This document shows positions 19,285 to 31,337 of a stretch of DNA of 64,000 nucleotides, in pieces. Within the stretch, counting starts at the first letter, position 1. Each line of letters opens with the position of its first letter. Source of the DNA: Candidatus Pyrohabitans jungbluthii. GTDB lineage: Archaea > Hydrothermarchaeota > Hydrothermarchaeia > Hydrothermarchaeales > BMS3B. The notes beneath the pieces were generated by a model. The model saw nothing but the letters and a program-made list of their open reading frames with translations, was not told the DNA's origin and ran no database searches. A program made the translations under genes and the position numbers. The stretch spans positions 480,001 to 544,000 of the forward strand of contig MTMD02000002.1 of the NCBI GenBank assembly GCA_002010065.2, read 5' to 3'.

Positions 19285-19369
19285 GTTTAAAATCGCCTAT
19301 CTTAACGTCTTGACAGATTCATAAAAGATTTAACAAAAGAGTTAAATTTCACGGGAGCTACTTAACCCC

Positions 19370-19657
19370 ATGGAGGTCGCTGAATTCCAGTCCCTCATAC
19401 GCAGGCTCTACCTCGAAAAGGATAGAAAGCGTGGTGAAGACGCGACGCTGCTCTGGCTGGTGGAGGAGGTGGGCGAGCTTCTCGAGGCACACCGCAGGCG
19501 GGACCGCGAGGGGATAGAGGAGGAGATCGCAGACGTCATTGCATGGGTGACCAGCTACGCCAACCTCGCGGGCATCGACGTGGAGGAAGCCCTGAGAAAG
19601 AAGTATCCCGGGAAGTGTCGCTACTGCAACTCTGTGCCGTGCGAATGTGAGAAGTAG
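19370..19657 (+). CDS. MazG-like nucleotide pyrophosphohydrolase
   Basis: WLVEEVGEL...EEEIADV; C-terminal CxxCxxxxCxC. Confidence 0.85.
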   Translation: MEVAEFQSLIRRLYLEKDRKRGEDATLLWLVEEVGELLEAHRRRDREGIEEEIADVIAWVTSYANLAGIDVEEALRKKYPGKCRYCNSVPCECEK

Positions 19658-19670
19658 GTTAAGGGTGAAG

Positions 19671-20501
19671 ATGACGATCTACGTAACCAAAGCTTCGGGG
19701 AAGAGGGAGAAGTTTGATCCCCGCAAGATAGAGCGCACCTTAAGACGCGCTGGGGCGAGCAGAGAGGTGAGGGAGAGAATCCTCACCGAGGTGGATGCTA
19801 AGCTCTACGACGGCATCTCTACGGGTGAGATTCTGAAGATAGTAAAAAGCCTGCTCAGAAAGGAGGAGCGCAAAGCGGGCATGCGCTACGATTTGAAGCA
19901 TGCGATAATGCGTCTCGGCCCAGCGGGTTTCGCCTTTGAGACATACTTCGCGGAGATATTGGAGCACTATGGCTATGCCACAGTGGTTGGGCGAAAACTG
20001 GCCGGGAAATGTGTCAAGCATGAGATTGACATAATTGCAGAGCCGAAAAGCGGGGAAAGGAGACGTGCGCTCATAGAGTGCAAGTATCACAACGCTCCGG
20101 GGATCTACACCAATCTCAAGGCTGCGCTCTACACCTACATGCGCTACATTGATTTAGCTGAGGTGAGCCACGCTTTTGACGAGGTATGGCTGGTTACCAA
20201 CACAAAGGTCTCAAATGACGCAAAAAGGTTCGCGAAGTGCAGAGGAATGAAGCTCATCACATGGCGCTCGCCTCGTGGTAAGAGCCTCTGTGAGCTCATA
20301 GAGAAAAAGAAGCTTTACCCGGTTACATCTCTGCCCTCTGTGGACTCGCATGTGCTTCAGAAGCTGGTGAAGGCGAAGCTAATACTCGCCAAAGACCTGC
20401 TTGCAGCGGATAGGGCATACACTAGACTCGTGACAGAACTGCCCAAAAAGAAGCTTGAGAAGATAAAGAAAGAGGCAGAAGAGCTTATTAACAGGCGATA
20501 A
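19671..20501 (+). CDS. ATP-cone domain fused to Mrr-like PD-(D/E)xK endonuclease
   Basis: VTKASGKREKFDPRKI (ATP cone); GFAFE...HEIDIIA...IECKYH. Confidence 0.8.
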   Translation: MTIYVTKASGKREKFDPRKIERTLRRAGASREVRERILTEVDAKLYDGISTGEILKIVKSLLRKEERKAGMRYDLKHAIMRLGPAGFAFETYFAEILEHYGYATVVGRKLAGKCVKHEIDIIAEPKSGERRRALIECKYHNAPGIYTNLKAALYTYMRYIDLAEVSHAFDEVWLVTNTKVSNDAKRFAKCRGMKLITWRSPRGKSLCELIEKKKLYPVTSLPSVDSHVLQKLVKAKLILAKDLLAADRAYTRLVTELPKKKLEKIKKEAEELINRR

Positions 20502-20532
20502 AAATTTATATCCCCTCATTTAATTTACCTGC

Positions 20533-20976
20533 ATGCTCTACCACCCGTACATCCTCGCAGTAGGAATGATCCTCTTCCTCGCAGGTGTTGTAGAGGGCTA
20601 CAGAAAGGCTAAGTCTCTGCCAAGCAGCGAGAAGTCGAGGCATTCCGTGATGGTGTATACCGCCTACTCCTTATTTTTGCTGGCTCTGGGTATCTACTAC
20701 GGGTATGAGAAAAATCTCGCCCTGGAGATCGCTGGCGGGAGAGAAGCATTCCGCGCAACAGGCCTCCTTGTGCCCCACATTATCTCAATAACCGCCTCAA
20801 CCATCCTCCTCACTCTGACGCTTGTGTATGGAATTGTTATGAGAGGGAGGATTTTCACGGAGAGGATAGGAAGGAACGAGATAGTCCACATGGTGCTGGG
20901 TAGCCTCGGCATCGCCTTCTACGTGCTCGCGGTTGTGACAGGCGCAGCGATGTACATGAAGGCGGGCGTGCTGTAG
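20533..20976 (+). CDS. 4-TM membrane protein
   Basis: Four hydrophobic helices, several with His residues. Confidence 0.6.
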   Translation: MLYHPYILAVGMILFLAGVVEGYRKAKSLPSSEKSRHSVMVYTAYSLFLLALGIYYGYEKNLALEIAGGREAFRATGLLVPHIISITASTILLTLTLVYGIVMRGRIFTERIGRNEIVHMVLGSLGIAFYVLAVVTGAAMYMKAGVL

Positions 20977-21522
20977 ATGCGTCTGTACTTCTACACCACC
21001 AATCGCTTTAAGTTCCGCATAGCTGAGAGGCTGCTGAGGCGCTACGGCATAGCTCTTGAGAGGGTTACGCCTGAGTTCAGGGAGGTGCAGGCAGAGAGCA
21101 GCGAAGCTGTGGTGGAGGACGCGCTGAAGCGAGCCAAGCTATTGCCTGCGATTGCTGAAGACTCGGGCTTAATTATTCCAGCGCTGCGCGGCTTCCCGGG
21201 CACAATCACGGGCTATGTGCAGCGCACCCTCAGCGCTGAGCATCTGCTCAGACTCCTTGAAGGCGAGGCGAGAAGAGAGGCGTGCTTCCGCTCCGTGGTG
21301 GGACTCCGCGAGGTGAGCGGGGAGATAAGGCTCTTCAAGGGTGAGGTGTGCGGGAGGATTGCAGAAAAGCAAAGGGGAAGCTCCGAGTACTGGTACGATA
21401 CCATTTTCATACCAGAAGGCGAAACGCGTACCTTTGCGGAGATGAGTTTTGAGGAAGTGCTGGCAATATCCGACTGGAAAAAGAGCTTTACGGCGCTGGG
21501 GGAATACCTCAGTAAGCAATGA
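20977..21522 (+). CDS. Ham1/ITPase family NTP pyrophosphatase (divergent)
   Basis: TTN..K, EVQ, EDSGL..PAL.GFPG, YDTIFIP..TFAEM; SHR motif replaced by SDW. Confidence 0.8.
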   Translation: MRLYFYTTNRFKFRIAERLLRRYGIALERVTPEFREVQAESSEAVVEDALKRAKLLPAIAEDSGLIIPALRGFPGTITGYVQRTLSAEHLLRLLEGEARREACFRSVVGLREVSGEIRLFKGEVCGRIAEKQRGSSEYWYDTIFIPEGETRTFAEMSFEEVLAISDWKKSFTALGEYLSKQ

Positions 21523-21524
21523 AG

Positions 21525-21660
21525 CGCCGGGGAGGGGATTTGAACCCCTGTGTTCCGCGAGGAACACGAGCTTTCCGTCGCGGGGTTTCCCATCTCGCCT
21601 TATGGCGAGGGAAACGAAGACTCCAGGCTCGCGCCGTAGTCCGGGCTTGGCTACCCCGGC
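21525..21660 (-). tRNA. tRNA-Ser(GGA) with ~48-nt intron (21573-21620)
   Basis: GCCGGGG stem, CGAGC-CTGGAG/intron/A-GCTCG, long variable arm, GTTCAAAT; located downstream of rps10. Confidence 0.88.
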
Positions 21661-21883
21661 ACGTTGAACTCACGGGTAAGAATAACCTTGGAGAAGTATT
21701 TTGAAACACATCACTTTTCCAGCGCTCTCGGAAAAGCCCAAAATATGCACTACCTCAAGCTAATTTGTGGTGATGGATATGATAGTGGTGTATAATGAGA
21801 ACACTGTTGTGTTCGAAGAAGAAAATTAAAACTCTCCTTTAATTTTTTAAGAAAAGAGGGGGCAAAAAAGCAGAAAATTAAAA

Positions 21884-22192
21884 CTATGTACGCAGCTCTA
21901 TCTCTATGTTGACGCCGTCCGGCACGCGCACGCGCATTATCTGTCGCATTGTGCGCTCGTCCGCCTCGATGTCAATGAGGCGCTTGTGGATGCGCATCTC
22001 CCACTTTTCCCAGGTCGCTGTGCCGTCGCCGGATGGAGACTTGCGCACTGGGACGCGGAGTCTTCGCGTTGGCAGCGGTATCGGCCCAGACATCTCTACC
22101 CCTGTCTTCAGGGCAATCTCCTTCACCTGCGCACAGACCTCCTCAAGCTTCTTGTGGTCTGTGCCACTGAGCTTTATCCTTGCACGCTGCAT
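21884..22192 (-). CDS. rps10: 30S ribosomal protein S10 (uS10)
   Basis: GPIPLPT...RKSPSGDG...HKRLIDI. Confidence 0.97.
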   Translation of the reverse strand: MQRARIKLSGTDHKKLEEVCAQVKEIALKTGVEMSGPIPLPTRRLRVPVRKSPSGDGTATWEKWEMRIHKRLIDIEADERTMRQIMRVRVPDGVNIEIELRT

Positions 22193-22230
22193 AACTGCGT
22201 CACCCTATAAAATTTTAGGGGGGAGAAGGT

Positions 22231-23514
22231 TTACTTCGCCTTCTCTATATCCACCACCATGCCGGCGGCGACTGTCATACCCATATCGCGGATCGCGAAC
22301 CTACCAAGCTGGGGTATCTCCTTGACCTTCTCCACCACAAGAGGCTTGGTGGGCTGCACGCGTATTACGCCTGCCTCACCAGTCTTGAGGAACTGCGGAT
22401 TCTTCTCAAGCACGTTACCTGTACGCGGGTCGAGCTTGCTTATGAGCTCAACTATCCTGCAAGCCACCTGCGCGGTGTGGGCGTGGAACACCGGCGTGTA
22501 GCCCACGGTAATGGCACTGGGATGCTGGAGCACAATTATCTGCGCTGTGAAGCTCTTTGCAACTGTGGGCGGATTGTCGACGTGTCCGCACACGTCGCCG
22601 CGCTTTATATCGTTCTTGCCAACACCGCGCACGTTGAAGCCGATGTTATCTCCGGGCTCTGCCTTCTCTATCGCCTCATGGTGCATCTCTATGCTTTTAA
22701 CCTCACCGCTTACACCTGGAGGCTCGAATATTACCTTGTCACCAGGTTTAAGCACACCTGTCTCTACCCTGCCTACGGGCACAGTACCTATACCGGTAAT
22801 AGAGTAGACGTCCTGCACTGGAATGCGAAGCGGCAGGTCGATGGGCTTCTCAGGCACCTTCAAGCTATTGAGCGCATCCACCAGGGTGGGACCATCCCAC
22901 CAGGGCATCTTGTCGCTCTTCTTTACTATGTTCTCACCCTGAAGCGCAGAGATGGGCACGTAGGTTATCTGCTCGGGCTTATAGCCGACGATCTTGAAGA
23001 GTTTGTCCAGCTGCGCCTTGGTCTCCTCGAACTTCTTCTGGTCCCAGTTCACCGCGTCCATCTTGTTTATGGCCACGATGAACTGCTGTATACCCAGCGT
23101 TCGCGCAAGGAACACGTGCTCCTTGGTCTGGGGCATCAGGCCGCCCTTCTCATCCTTCTGGGCCACGTCTACCACGAGCACCGCTGCATCTGCCTGAGAG
23201 GCACCGGTAATCATGTTCTTTATGAAGTCGCGGTGACCGGGTGCGTCTATGATGGTGAAGTAGTACTTGTCGGTCTCCATCTTCTGGTGAGAGATATCAA
23301 TGGTCAAGCCGCGCTCGCGCTCTTCTTTAAGCCTATCCATAACCCACGCGAACTCGAAGGTAGCCTTGCCTATCTTCTGCGCCTCTTCGCGGTACTGCCT
23401 TATGATGTGCTCTCCTATGGCGCCCATCTCGAAGAGCAGCCTTCCTACTGTCGTAGACTTACCGTGGTCTACGTGTCCAATAAACACCAGATTCAGATGC
23501 GGTTTCTCTGCCAT
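22231..23514 (-). CDS. tuf: Elongation factor aEF-1alpha
   Basis: [21 protein letters not shown]. Confidence 0.98.
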   Translation of the reverse strand: MAEKPHLNLVFIGHVDHGKSTTVGRLLFEMGAIGEHIIRQYREEAQKIGKATFEFAWVMDRLKEERERGLTIDISHQKMETDKYYFTIIDAPGHRDFIKNMITGASQADAAVLVVDVAQKDEKGGLMPQTKEHVFLARTLGIQQFIVAINKMDAVNWDQKKFEETKAQLDKLFKIVGYKPEQITYVPISALQGENIVKKSDKMPWWDGPTLVDALNSLKVPEKPIDLPLRIPVQDVYSITGIGTVPVGRVETGVLKPGDKVIFEPPGVSGEVKSIEMHHEAIEKAEPGDNIGFNVRGVGKNDIKRGDVCGHVDNPPTVAKSFTAQIIVLQHPSAITVGYTPVFHAHTAQVACRIVELISKLDPRTGNVLEKNPQFLKTGEAGVIRVQPTKPLVVEKVKEIPQLGRFAIRDMGMTVAAGMVVDIEKAK

Positions 23515-23552
23515 GTTTTTACCTCCTTTTTTCCTTGTGTTATCTCATTACC

Positions 23553-25712
23553 CTAATTTAAACCTTTTCGTTCGCGTATCTTCTTCACAACTTCCTCCTG
23601 AAGCTCAGCTGGCAGGCGCTCGAAGCCAGCAAACTCTGTGCTCCACAGCGCTCTTCCCTCGGTAGCGCTGCGTATATCGCCAGCGAAGCCGAACATCTCG
23701 CTCACAGGGCACTTAGCCTCGACCACTATGAGGTCACCCTCCTGACGCATGTCAAGGATCTGACCCCTGCGGCGCTGAATCTCATGTGTCACTGCACCCA
23801 TGTAATCCTGGGGTACGTGGATGAACACCTTCATCTTTGGCTCGAGCAGCACAGCCTTTGCCTGGAGCATAGCTTCGCGTATCGCGTCGCGCACCGCTGG
23901 AATAACCTGCGCAGGGCCGCGGTGAACCGCATCTTCATGAAGCTTAGCATCGACAAGCTTAACCTTCACGCCCAGCACCTGCTCCTTTGCAAGCGGTCCC
24001 TCATTCATTGCCTCATGGAAGCCCTCCTGAATTAAGGGCATTGTCTCATGGAGGTACTGGATACCCTTGGTAACGTCTGTGAATATGTTGTTCTCGTACA
24101 CCTCCACTATACCACGAGCCTCGTCCTTCTTCATTCCCACGTTCTCAAAAGCCTTGCCCAGCTCCTTGCCCTTGTAACGCGAAGGCTTAATCTCGCCCTC
24201 CAGCAGGGCGCGCATCACAGGCTCCTCAATGGGCTCAACCACAAAGTAGAAGCGGTTGTGCTTGTTTGGCGATTTGCCCTCAATCACAGGTGAGGTGTCG
24301 AGCACGCTCTCGCGGTACACAACTATGGGCGGGGAAACCTCGATGTCGACGCCGCGCTCCTTTATGCGGTATGTGACTACCTCAAGGTGGAGCTCCCCCA
24401 TACCGGAGAGGAGATGCTCACCCGTCTCCTCATTTATCTCAACGCGCAGCGTCGGATCCTCGCGCGCCATTATGTTGAGCACGTCAATGAGCTTGGGCAG
24501 GTCCTTGGTGTTCTTTGCCTCCACTGCGACGGTAACCACCGGCTCAGAGTAGTGCCGAAGCTCCTCAAACGGCTCTATCGGGTTATCTGCAGAGGTCACT
24601 GTCTCGCCAGCCTGGACATTCTTCAAACCAGTGATCATGACGATATTGCCAGCCACCACATGCTCAGTGGGCATGCGCTCAGGACCAAAGTAAACACCCA
24701 CCTGCTGGGTGCGCGTCTTTGTCTTGGCGTTGCAAAGGTAAACCTCCTGGCTTCGCTTCAGCGTACCCGAGAAAATTCTCCCTGTGGCAACCTCTCCCGC
24801 CTGAGGGTCTATCCTCAGGTCGGTGATCATAATAGCGAGCTTGCCATTGGGGTCACAGTTCAGCATGGCTTTGCCGTCCTCACTCTCCACATCTCCCGGC
24901 CATATCTGGGGTATCCTGTACTTCTGCGCAACTGTCGGCGAGGGCAGGTGCTTGACCACCATGTCCAGGATAACCATGTGCGCAGGTGCGCGCTTTGCAA
25001 GCTCCCTCTGCTCACCCTTGAGGTTGTAATCTATGACATCCTTGAAGGTTATCCCCGTCTCTTTCATCAGCGGGAAGTTTATGGCCCAGTTGTGGTAGGC
25101 TGAGCCGAAGGCTACGCTTCCATCTTCCACCTTAACCTGCCACTTATCGCGAAACTCTGGCGGTGCCATGCTTTTAACAATCTTATTGAAATCAGAGATT
25201 ATCTCAATGAATCGGCGCTGCATCTCCTCAGGCGTGAGGCGCAGCTCATTAATCAGGCGATCAACCTTGTTTATGAAGAGCACAGGCTTAACGCGCTCCT
25301 TCAAAGCCTGGCGAAGCACCGTCTCAGTCTGGGGCATCGTGCCCTCGACGGCGCACACCACAACAATAACCCCATCCACGGCACGCATCGCTCTGGTCAC
25401 GTTACCGCCGAAGTCCACGTGCCCAGGGGTGTCTATCATATTTATAAGGTAGCTATCGCCCTTGTACTCGTGCACCATACTCACGTTCGCAGCGTCTATG
25501 GTTATACCACGCTGCTGCTCAAGCACGTCGCTGTCCAGCACCAGCTGCTTGCCCGCGAGGTCGAAGCTCATCATACCAGCGCCGGCGAGAAGATTGTCGC
25601 TGAGTGTGGTCTTGCCGTGGTCTATGTGGGCGACTATACCCATGTTGCGTATATACTCGGGCTTATGCATGAGCTCCTGAATCTTCTTGACCATCTCTTC
25701 GCGTCTTCCCAT
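23553..25712 (-). CDS. fusA: Elongation factor aEF-2
   Basis: [17 protein letters not shown], diphthamide-site LHEDAVHRG. Confidence 0.98.
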   Translation of the reverse strand: MGRREEMVKKIQELMHKPEYIRNMGIVAHIDHGKTTLSDNLLAGAGMMSFDLAGKQLVLDSDVLEQQRGITIDAANVSMVHEYKGDSYLINMIDTPGHVDFGGNVTRAMRAVDGVIVVVCAVEGTMPQTETVLRQALKERVKPVLFINKVDRLINELRLTPEEMQRRFIEIISDFNKIVKSMAPPEFRDKWQVKVEDGSVAFGSAYHNWAINFPLMKETGITFKDVIDYNLKGEQRELAKRAPAHMVILDMVVKHLPSPTVAQKYRIPQIWPGDVESEDGKAMLNCDPNGKLAIMITDLRIDPQAGEVATGRIFSGTLKRSQEVYLCNAKTKTRTQQVGVYFGPERMPTEHVVAGNIVMITGLKNVQAGETVTSADNPIEPFEELRHYSEPVVTVAVEAKNTKDLPKLIDVLNIMAREDPTLRVEINEETGEHLLSGMGELHLEVVTYRIKERGVDIEVSPPIVVYRESVLDTSPVIEGKSPNKHNRFYFVVEPIEEPVMRALLEGEIKPSRYKGKELGKAFENVGMKKDEARGIVEVYENNIFTDVTKGIQYLHETMPLIQEGFHEAMNEGPLAKEQVLGVKVKLVDAKLHEDAVHRGPAQVIPAVRDAIREAMLQAKAVLLEPKMKVFIHVPQDYMGAVTHEIQRRRGQILDMRQEGDLIVVEAKCPVSEMFGFAGDIRSATEGRALWSTEFAGFERLPAELQEEVVKKIRERKGLN

Positions 25713-25716
25713 GGTT

Positions 25717-26316
25717 CTACCTCGCAGCCTTTGCTATGCGCTCTATTTCTTCCTTCTTCGAAATCGCGTAGCACTTCATGTCGTAGTTCGCAGCGGCGAT
25801 TATCTCGTCAGCAAGAGCCTCGGCAATGCTCTTCTTCGACTTGAACGCCTGTCTTGCGGCGCCTATTGCAATAAAGCGGAGCGCCATGTCGAGACGGCGT
25901 TGCGGAGCTACATCAACGCTCTGATGGTAAGCTATACCACCATACTTTAGCCTCGTGGTCTCCTCTCTGGGACCGGCGTTTATCAGCGCATCCACGAGCA
26001 CCTGTATTGGGTTCTTCTTGGTGCGCTTCTCCACTATCTGCAGAGCTTCCTTAACTATCTTCGAGGCCAGTATCTTTTTGCCGGTGTTTCTGCCTGAGGT
26101 GCGCTTGTGCTTCTTGCCCTCGTGACCGGTGACCATCATCTTATTTATAAGGCGCTCCACTATGGGCACCTCTGCCTTACCGAACTGGCGAAAATGCCTG
26201 CCCATAGTGTGGGGCACCAGCACCGGGCGGAGGTTTATGTACGCCTTTAAGCTCGGGTCGCGCACCTCAACCTCGGTAGGGTCCCATAATCCGAAGATTT
26301 TAAACATGAGCATCAC
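25717..26316 (-). CDS. rps7: 30S ribosomal protein S7 (uS7)
   Basis: [29 protein letters not shown]. Confidence 0.97.
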   Translation of the reverse strand: MMLMFKIFGLWDPTEVEVRDPSLKAYINLRPVLVPHTMGRHFRQFGKAEVPIVERLINKMMVTGHEGKKHKRTSGRNTGKKILASKIVKEALQIVEKRTKKNPIQVLVDALINAGPREETTRLKYGGIAYHQSVDVAPQRRLDMALRFIAIGAARQAFKSKKSIAEALADEIIAAANYDMKCYAISKKEEIERIAKAAR

Positions 26317-26750
26317 CTTATTGGCTTCTCCTTGCGTCCACGCACAAGTTCGCGCAGTGATACGCCGTTTACGGCGATAACCTTGAAGCGCACGCCGGGG
26401 ATGTCACCCATACTTCCTCCCTGCCTGCCTCCTATACCCTCGATGAGCACCTCATCGTGCTCGTCTATGTAGTTGATCGCTCCATCGCCAGGGGCAAAGG
26501 CGGTGACCTGCCTCCCGCTCTTAATGAGCTGCACCTTAACGCACTTTCGTATCGCAGAATTCGGCTGCTTAGCCTCTATACCAACTTTCTCCAGCACTAT
26601 GCCTCTCGCCATCGGCGCCGCGCCAAGGGGGTTTGACTTCTCCTTAAGCTTGAGTACTCTACGCTTGTAGCTGGGATCGCTCCACCTGAACTGCTTCCTT
26701 CTCTGCCTCAGCTTGCGTGCAGTAAACTCGCCGGTCGGCTTCTTAGCCAT
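26313..26750 (-). CDS. rps12: 30S ribosomal protein S12 (uS12)
   Basis: [20 protein letters not shown]. Confidence 0.97.
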   Translation of the reverse strand: MAKKPTGEFTARKLRQRRKQFRWSDPSYKRRVLKLKEKSNPLGAAPMARGIVLEKVGIEAKQPNSAIRKCVKVQLIKSGRQVTAFAPGDGAINYIDEHDEVLIEGIGGRQGGSMGDIPGVRFKVIAVNGVSLRELVRGRKEKPIR

Positions 26751-26761
26751 GCATTTTCACC

Positions 26762-27193
26762 TCAGATTATAATTACCTCATCTATGCCATGATGCCTTTT
26801 GAGGATGTTCTTGATACGCGCTAGGTTCTTACCTCCCCTGCCTATGGCTTGGGGCTTGTCCTGCATATCCACCTTTACTTTTGCTACCTTCTTGTCGTCT
26901 TTCACCCCTATATCAACGCTCTTGACCTTGATGGGGTGAAGCACATTCGCAACAAACTCGGCAGGGTCATCGCTGTACTCGATAATCTCTATCTTCTTTC
27001 CCAGCGCGCGGGAAACGCGTTGCACGTTTGCACCCTTTCTGCCAATCGCAAGGCCTATATCACCCTTCTTAACTATGAAGGTTATCTTCCTGCCATCTTC
27101 GTCGATTATGCAGTCCTTCGTCACTGCACCTGTCATGCTTTCAAAAAGGGCGATATAGCGGATTTCATTGGCAGAAAGCTTCAAAGCTTCCAT
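26762..27193 (-). CDS. nusA: Archaeal NusA
   Basis: Two KH domains (AIGRKGANV, AIGRGGKN). Confidence 0.95.
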   Translation of the reverse strand: MEALKLSANEIRYIALFESMTGAVTKDCIIDEDGRKITFIVKKGDIGLAIGRKGANVQRVSRALGKKIEIIEYSDDPAEFVANVLHPIKVKSVDIGVKDDKKVAKVKVDMQDKPQAIGRGGKNLARIKNILKRHHGIDEVIII

Positions 27194-27196
27194 TAG

Positions 27197-27498
27197 TTAT
27201 TTCCTCCTACCGAGCTCAAATATATCTGAATCTCCCGCCTCGACCACACCCAGCATGCTCACAACGTAGGGCTTGCCGCAAACCGCACCAAGCTCAAGAC
27301 TTGTGCCGGGGTACTCGTAGACGGGTATTCCGGCGAGCTCGGCATATCGAAGGAGGTCGCTCTTGGCGTCGGGCGGGCAGTTGCTCGCCACCACGACAAG
27401 CTTTACCTCCTTGTTTCTGACTGCGTTTAGAGTCTCCTCCTTGCCCAGGTAAACCTTACCTGTATCAACAGCCACGCGAATAGCTCTTTCCACGTCCA

Positions 27499-27499
<1 letters not shown>
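27197..27499 (-). CDS. rpl30e: 50S ribosomal protein L30e
   Basis: TGKVYLG, ASNCP, ELGAVCGKP. Confidence 0.96.
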
Positions 27500-28671
<1,172 letters not shown>

Positions 28672-31329
28672 CTACGCCGCCTCCTTTCTCGCGTAGCGCT
28701 GAACAATCTTCTTAACATTGACCATCTGTCCCCAGTCTGTTCTGCTTGGGTCTGCGCCGTCCTCGCCGTGGCGGAACTCTACTATTACCCCGCGGGTGTC
28801 TCTGACTGTGTTGTCGTACTCCACCTTCAAATCCTGCAGCGCATTAATCAGCCTGCGCTGCATATAACCGCTCTGCGAGGTTCTCACCGCAGTGTCCACC
28901 AAACCTTCGCGACCGCCCATATTGTGGAAGAAGAACTCAAGCGGAGAAAGTCCGCGCTTATAGCTGCTGCGTACAAAGCCTTTGGCGCTGGCGGAGATGT
29001 CGCCCACCTTAAAGTGGGGCAGCGTTCGTCCTGAATAACCACGCTTTATGCGCTCGCCGCGCACCGCCTGCTGACCCACGCAGGCTGCCATCTGCGTAAG
29101 GTTGAGCAGGCTGCCGCGCGCGCCAGAGATAGCCATTATGCGCGCGCTGTTCTCGTGCTTCCTGCGCTTCTCCTCCTTCTCAAGGTACTCATTGGCAATT
29201 GCGCCTGTCTTGTCTCTCGCTTCGCTGAGCACCTGCATTATGCGCATCTCCAGCGTCTCTTCGAGGGTTCTCCCAGGTAGCTGCTCAAGAATGTTCTCAT
29301 TGTACGCGCGAATAAGCTCCTGCACCTTCCTGTCCGCTTCTTCCAGAATCTCAGCTATCCTCTCCTTAGCCTCCTCTGGCAAATCTTCGTCGTCTATACC
29401 CGTGGAGAAGCCGCGCCAGGTTATGAAGTTTATCACCAGCTTGGTAACATTGTCTAGGAATTCGCGGGCTGCGTCGGTGCCATAGTCCTTGACTATGCGG
29501 TCAAGAAGCTCGCCGGCGAAGGCACCAAAGCTCTTCTCGTCCATTACGCCATGCTCAAGCTTGCCGTTGCGGATAACCACATAGGCATCGTACTCGCACT
29601 CTTCCTCCTTGCAAACCTCGCACTTCTTGCACACCTTGGCTTTATAGGTGAGGTTCAGGTCTTCTGGAAGAAGGAGGCTGAATATCTGCTTGCCGGTGTA
29701 GTACTCCTTGCCGTCCTCCACGAAGGCTGGCTCGGGTAAGGGTTTGTTTATTCCACTCGCGTACAGCAGGTGGAAAGCCTGCTCGCGCGTAAAGCGAACC
29801 TCAGGCTGGGTGAAGAGATAAGCCCCCGAGATGTGGTCGTGGATTCCACCTATTATGGGTCCGCCGAAGCGTGGCGATAGAATCTGCTCCTGCACCCGCA
29901 TAAGTACACGAGCCTCAGCGCGAGCTTCCTGCCCCTGAATCGCGTGCAGGTTCATCTCGTCACCGTCGAAGTCCGCGTTGTACGGCGGGCACACGCACAG
30001 GTTGAGGCGGAAGGTCTTGTATGGGAGCACGCGCACTTCATGCGCCATTATGCTCATCCTGTGCAGGCTAGGTTGGCGGTTGAAGAGCACTATGTCGCCG
30101 TCGATGAGATGGCGGTGAACCTTCCATCCCGGCTCAATCTTCTCAAGGAGTTCGTCAATGTTTTTAACTCTAGCCAGGCTGAGCCTTGCCCCGTCGGGGC
30201 GCTCCACGTAGTTAGCGCCAGGATACTTGTTTGGACCATTGCGTATGAACTTCTTGATGTGCTCTATGTTCATTGGCGTTACTATCACTGGTATGGTGAG
30301 CTCCCTCGCTATTAGCTCTGGCACGCCAACCTCATTGATGCTCAGGTTGGGGTCTGGTGAGATTACAGTGCGCGCCGAATAGTTGACGCGCTTGCCCGAG
30401 AGGTTGCTCCTGAACCTGCCTTCCTTGCCCTTGAGGCGCTGGGCGAGGGTTTTCAGGGGTCTGCCGGAGCGGTGTCTCGCAGGCGGGACGCCCGCCACCT
30501 CATTGTTGAAGTAGGTGGTGACGTGGTACTGCAGAAGCTCCCACAGGTCTTCGATTATGAGCTGCGGCGCCCCGGCCTCTATGTTCTCCTCCAGGCGCTG
30601 GTTTATCCTTATTATATCCACAAGCTTGTGGGTTAAATCATCCTCACTGCGCTCACCCGACTCGAGGGTAATCGAGGGACGCACCGTAACTGGCGGCACG
30701 GGTAAGACGGTGAGCACCATCCACTCCGGGCGAGCAACCTCCACGTCGAAGCCCATAACCTCGGCATCGCTGTCAGTGATCTTCTCCAAGCGCTCACGCA
30801 CGTCGATGGGCGAGAGCCTCTGCTTGTCCTCGATGAACGTGGTGGGCTTCTCAAACTTTATGTCAAGCTGCTCCTCACCGCAGTGGGGGCACTTCTTAAC
30901 AGCGCGCGCCGCCTTGAAAAGCTCTTCCACTATAGGCTCCTCGCTCTTACCTATGCGCTTCGCCTTGCGCAGCTCCTGGCGAAACGCTTCGATTTTGTCG
31001 TCAGGAAGCAGAATGCGACCGCACGCTCTGCATATGCTTCTCAGAATTTTATTTATCAGCTTGGCATAACCAACGTGAATAACCGGACGAGCAAGCTCTA
31101 TCCTGCCGAAGTGCCCAGGGCAGTCGCCCACACGGGAGCCGCATGTTTTGCACCTCAACCCAGGGTCGACCACACCCAGGCGGGGGTCCATGAGTCCGCC
31201 CTCTATGGGGTAGCCGTCCTCGTCATAGGTGTCGGCGGTGACTATCTTCACCTCCGACATCTTGCGTATCTGCTCCGGCGAGAGCAGCCCGAACTTTATT
31301 CCCTCAACCTTTTTTGGGATTATCCTCAT
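28672..31329 (-). CDS. rpoA1: RNA polymerase subunit A' (Rpo1N)
   Basis: NADFDGDEMN catalytic motif. Confidence 0.98.
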   Translation of the reverse strand: MRIIPKKVEGIKFGLLSPEQIRKMSEVKIVTADTYDEDGYPIEGGLMDPRLGVVDPGLRCKTCGSRVGDCPGHFGRIELARPVIHVGYAKLINKILRSICRACGRILLPDDKIEAFRQELRKAKRIGKSEEPIVEELFKAARAVKKCPHCGEEQLDIKFEKPTTFIEDKQRLSPIDVRERLEKITDSDAEVMGFDVEVARPEWMVLTVLPVPPVTVRPSITLESGERSEDDLTHKLVDIIRINQRLEENIEAGAPQLIIEDLWELLQYHVTTYFNNEVAGVPPARHRSGRPLKTLAQRLKGKEGRFRSNLSGKRVNYSARTVISPDPNLSINEVGVPELIARELTIPVIVTPMNIEHIKKFIRNGPNKYPGANYVERPDGARLSLARVKNIDELLEKIEPGWKVHRHLIDGDIVLFNRQPSLHRMSIMAHEVRVLPYKTFRLNLCVCPPYNADFDGDEMNLHAIQGQEARAEARVLMRVQEQILSPRFGGPIIGGIHDHISGAYLFTQPEVRFTREQAFHLLYASGINKPLPEPAFVEDGKEYYTGKQIFSLLLPEDLNLTYKAKVCKKCEVCKEEECEYDAYVVIRNGKLEHGVMDEKSFGAFAGELLDRIVKDYGTDAAREFLDNVTKLVINFITWRGFSTGIDDEDLPEEAKERIAEILEEADRKVQELIRAYNENILEQLPGRTLEETLEMRIMQVLSEARDKTGAIANEYLEKEEKRRKHENSARIMAISGARGSLLNLTQMAACVGQQAVRGERIKRGYSGRTLPHFKVGDISASAKGFVRSSYKRGLSPLEFFFHNMGGREGLVDTAVRTSQSGYMQRRLINALQDLKVEYDNTVRDTRGVIVEFRHGEDGADPSRTDWGQMVNVKKIVQRYARKEAA

Positions 31330-31337
31330 TCTATCAC

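Noticed and set aside
21449-21709. Short ORFs downstream of the Ham1 gene
   Set aside because: They overlap the intron-containing tRNA-Ser.
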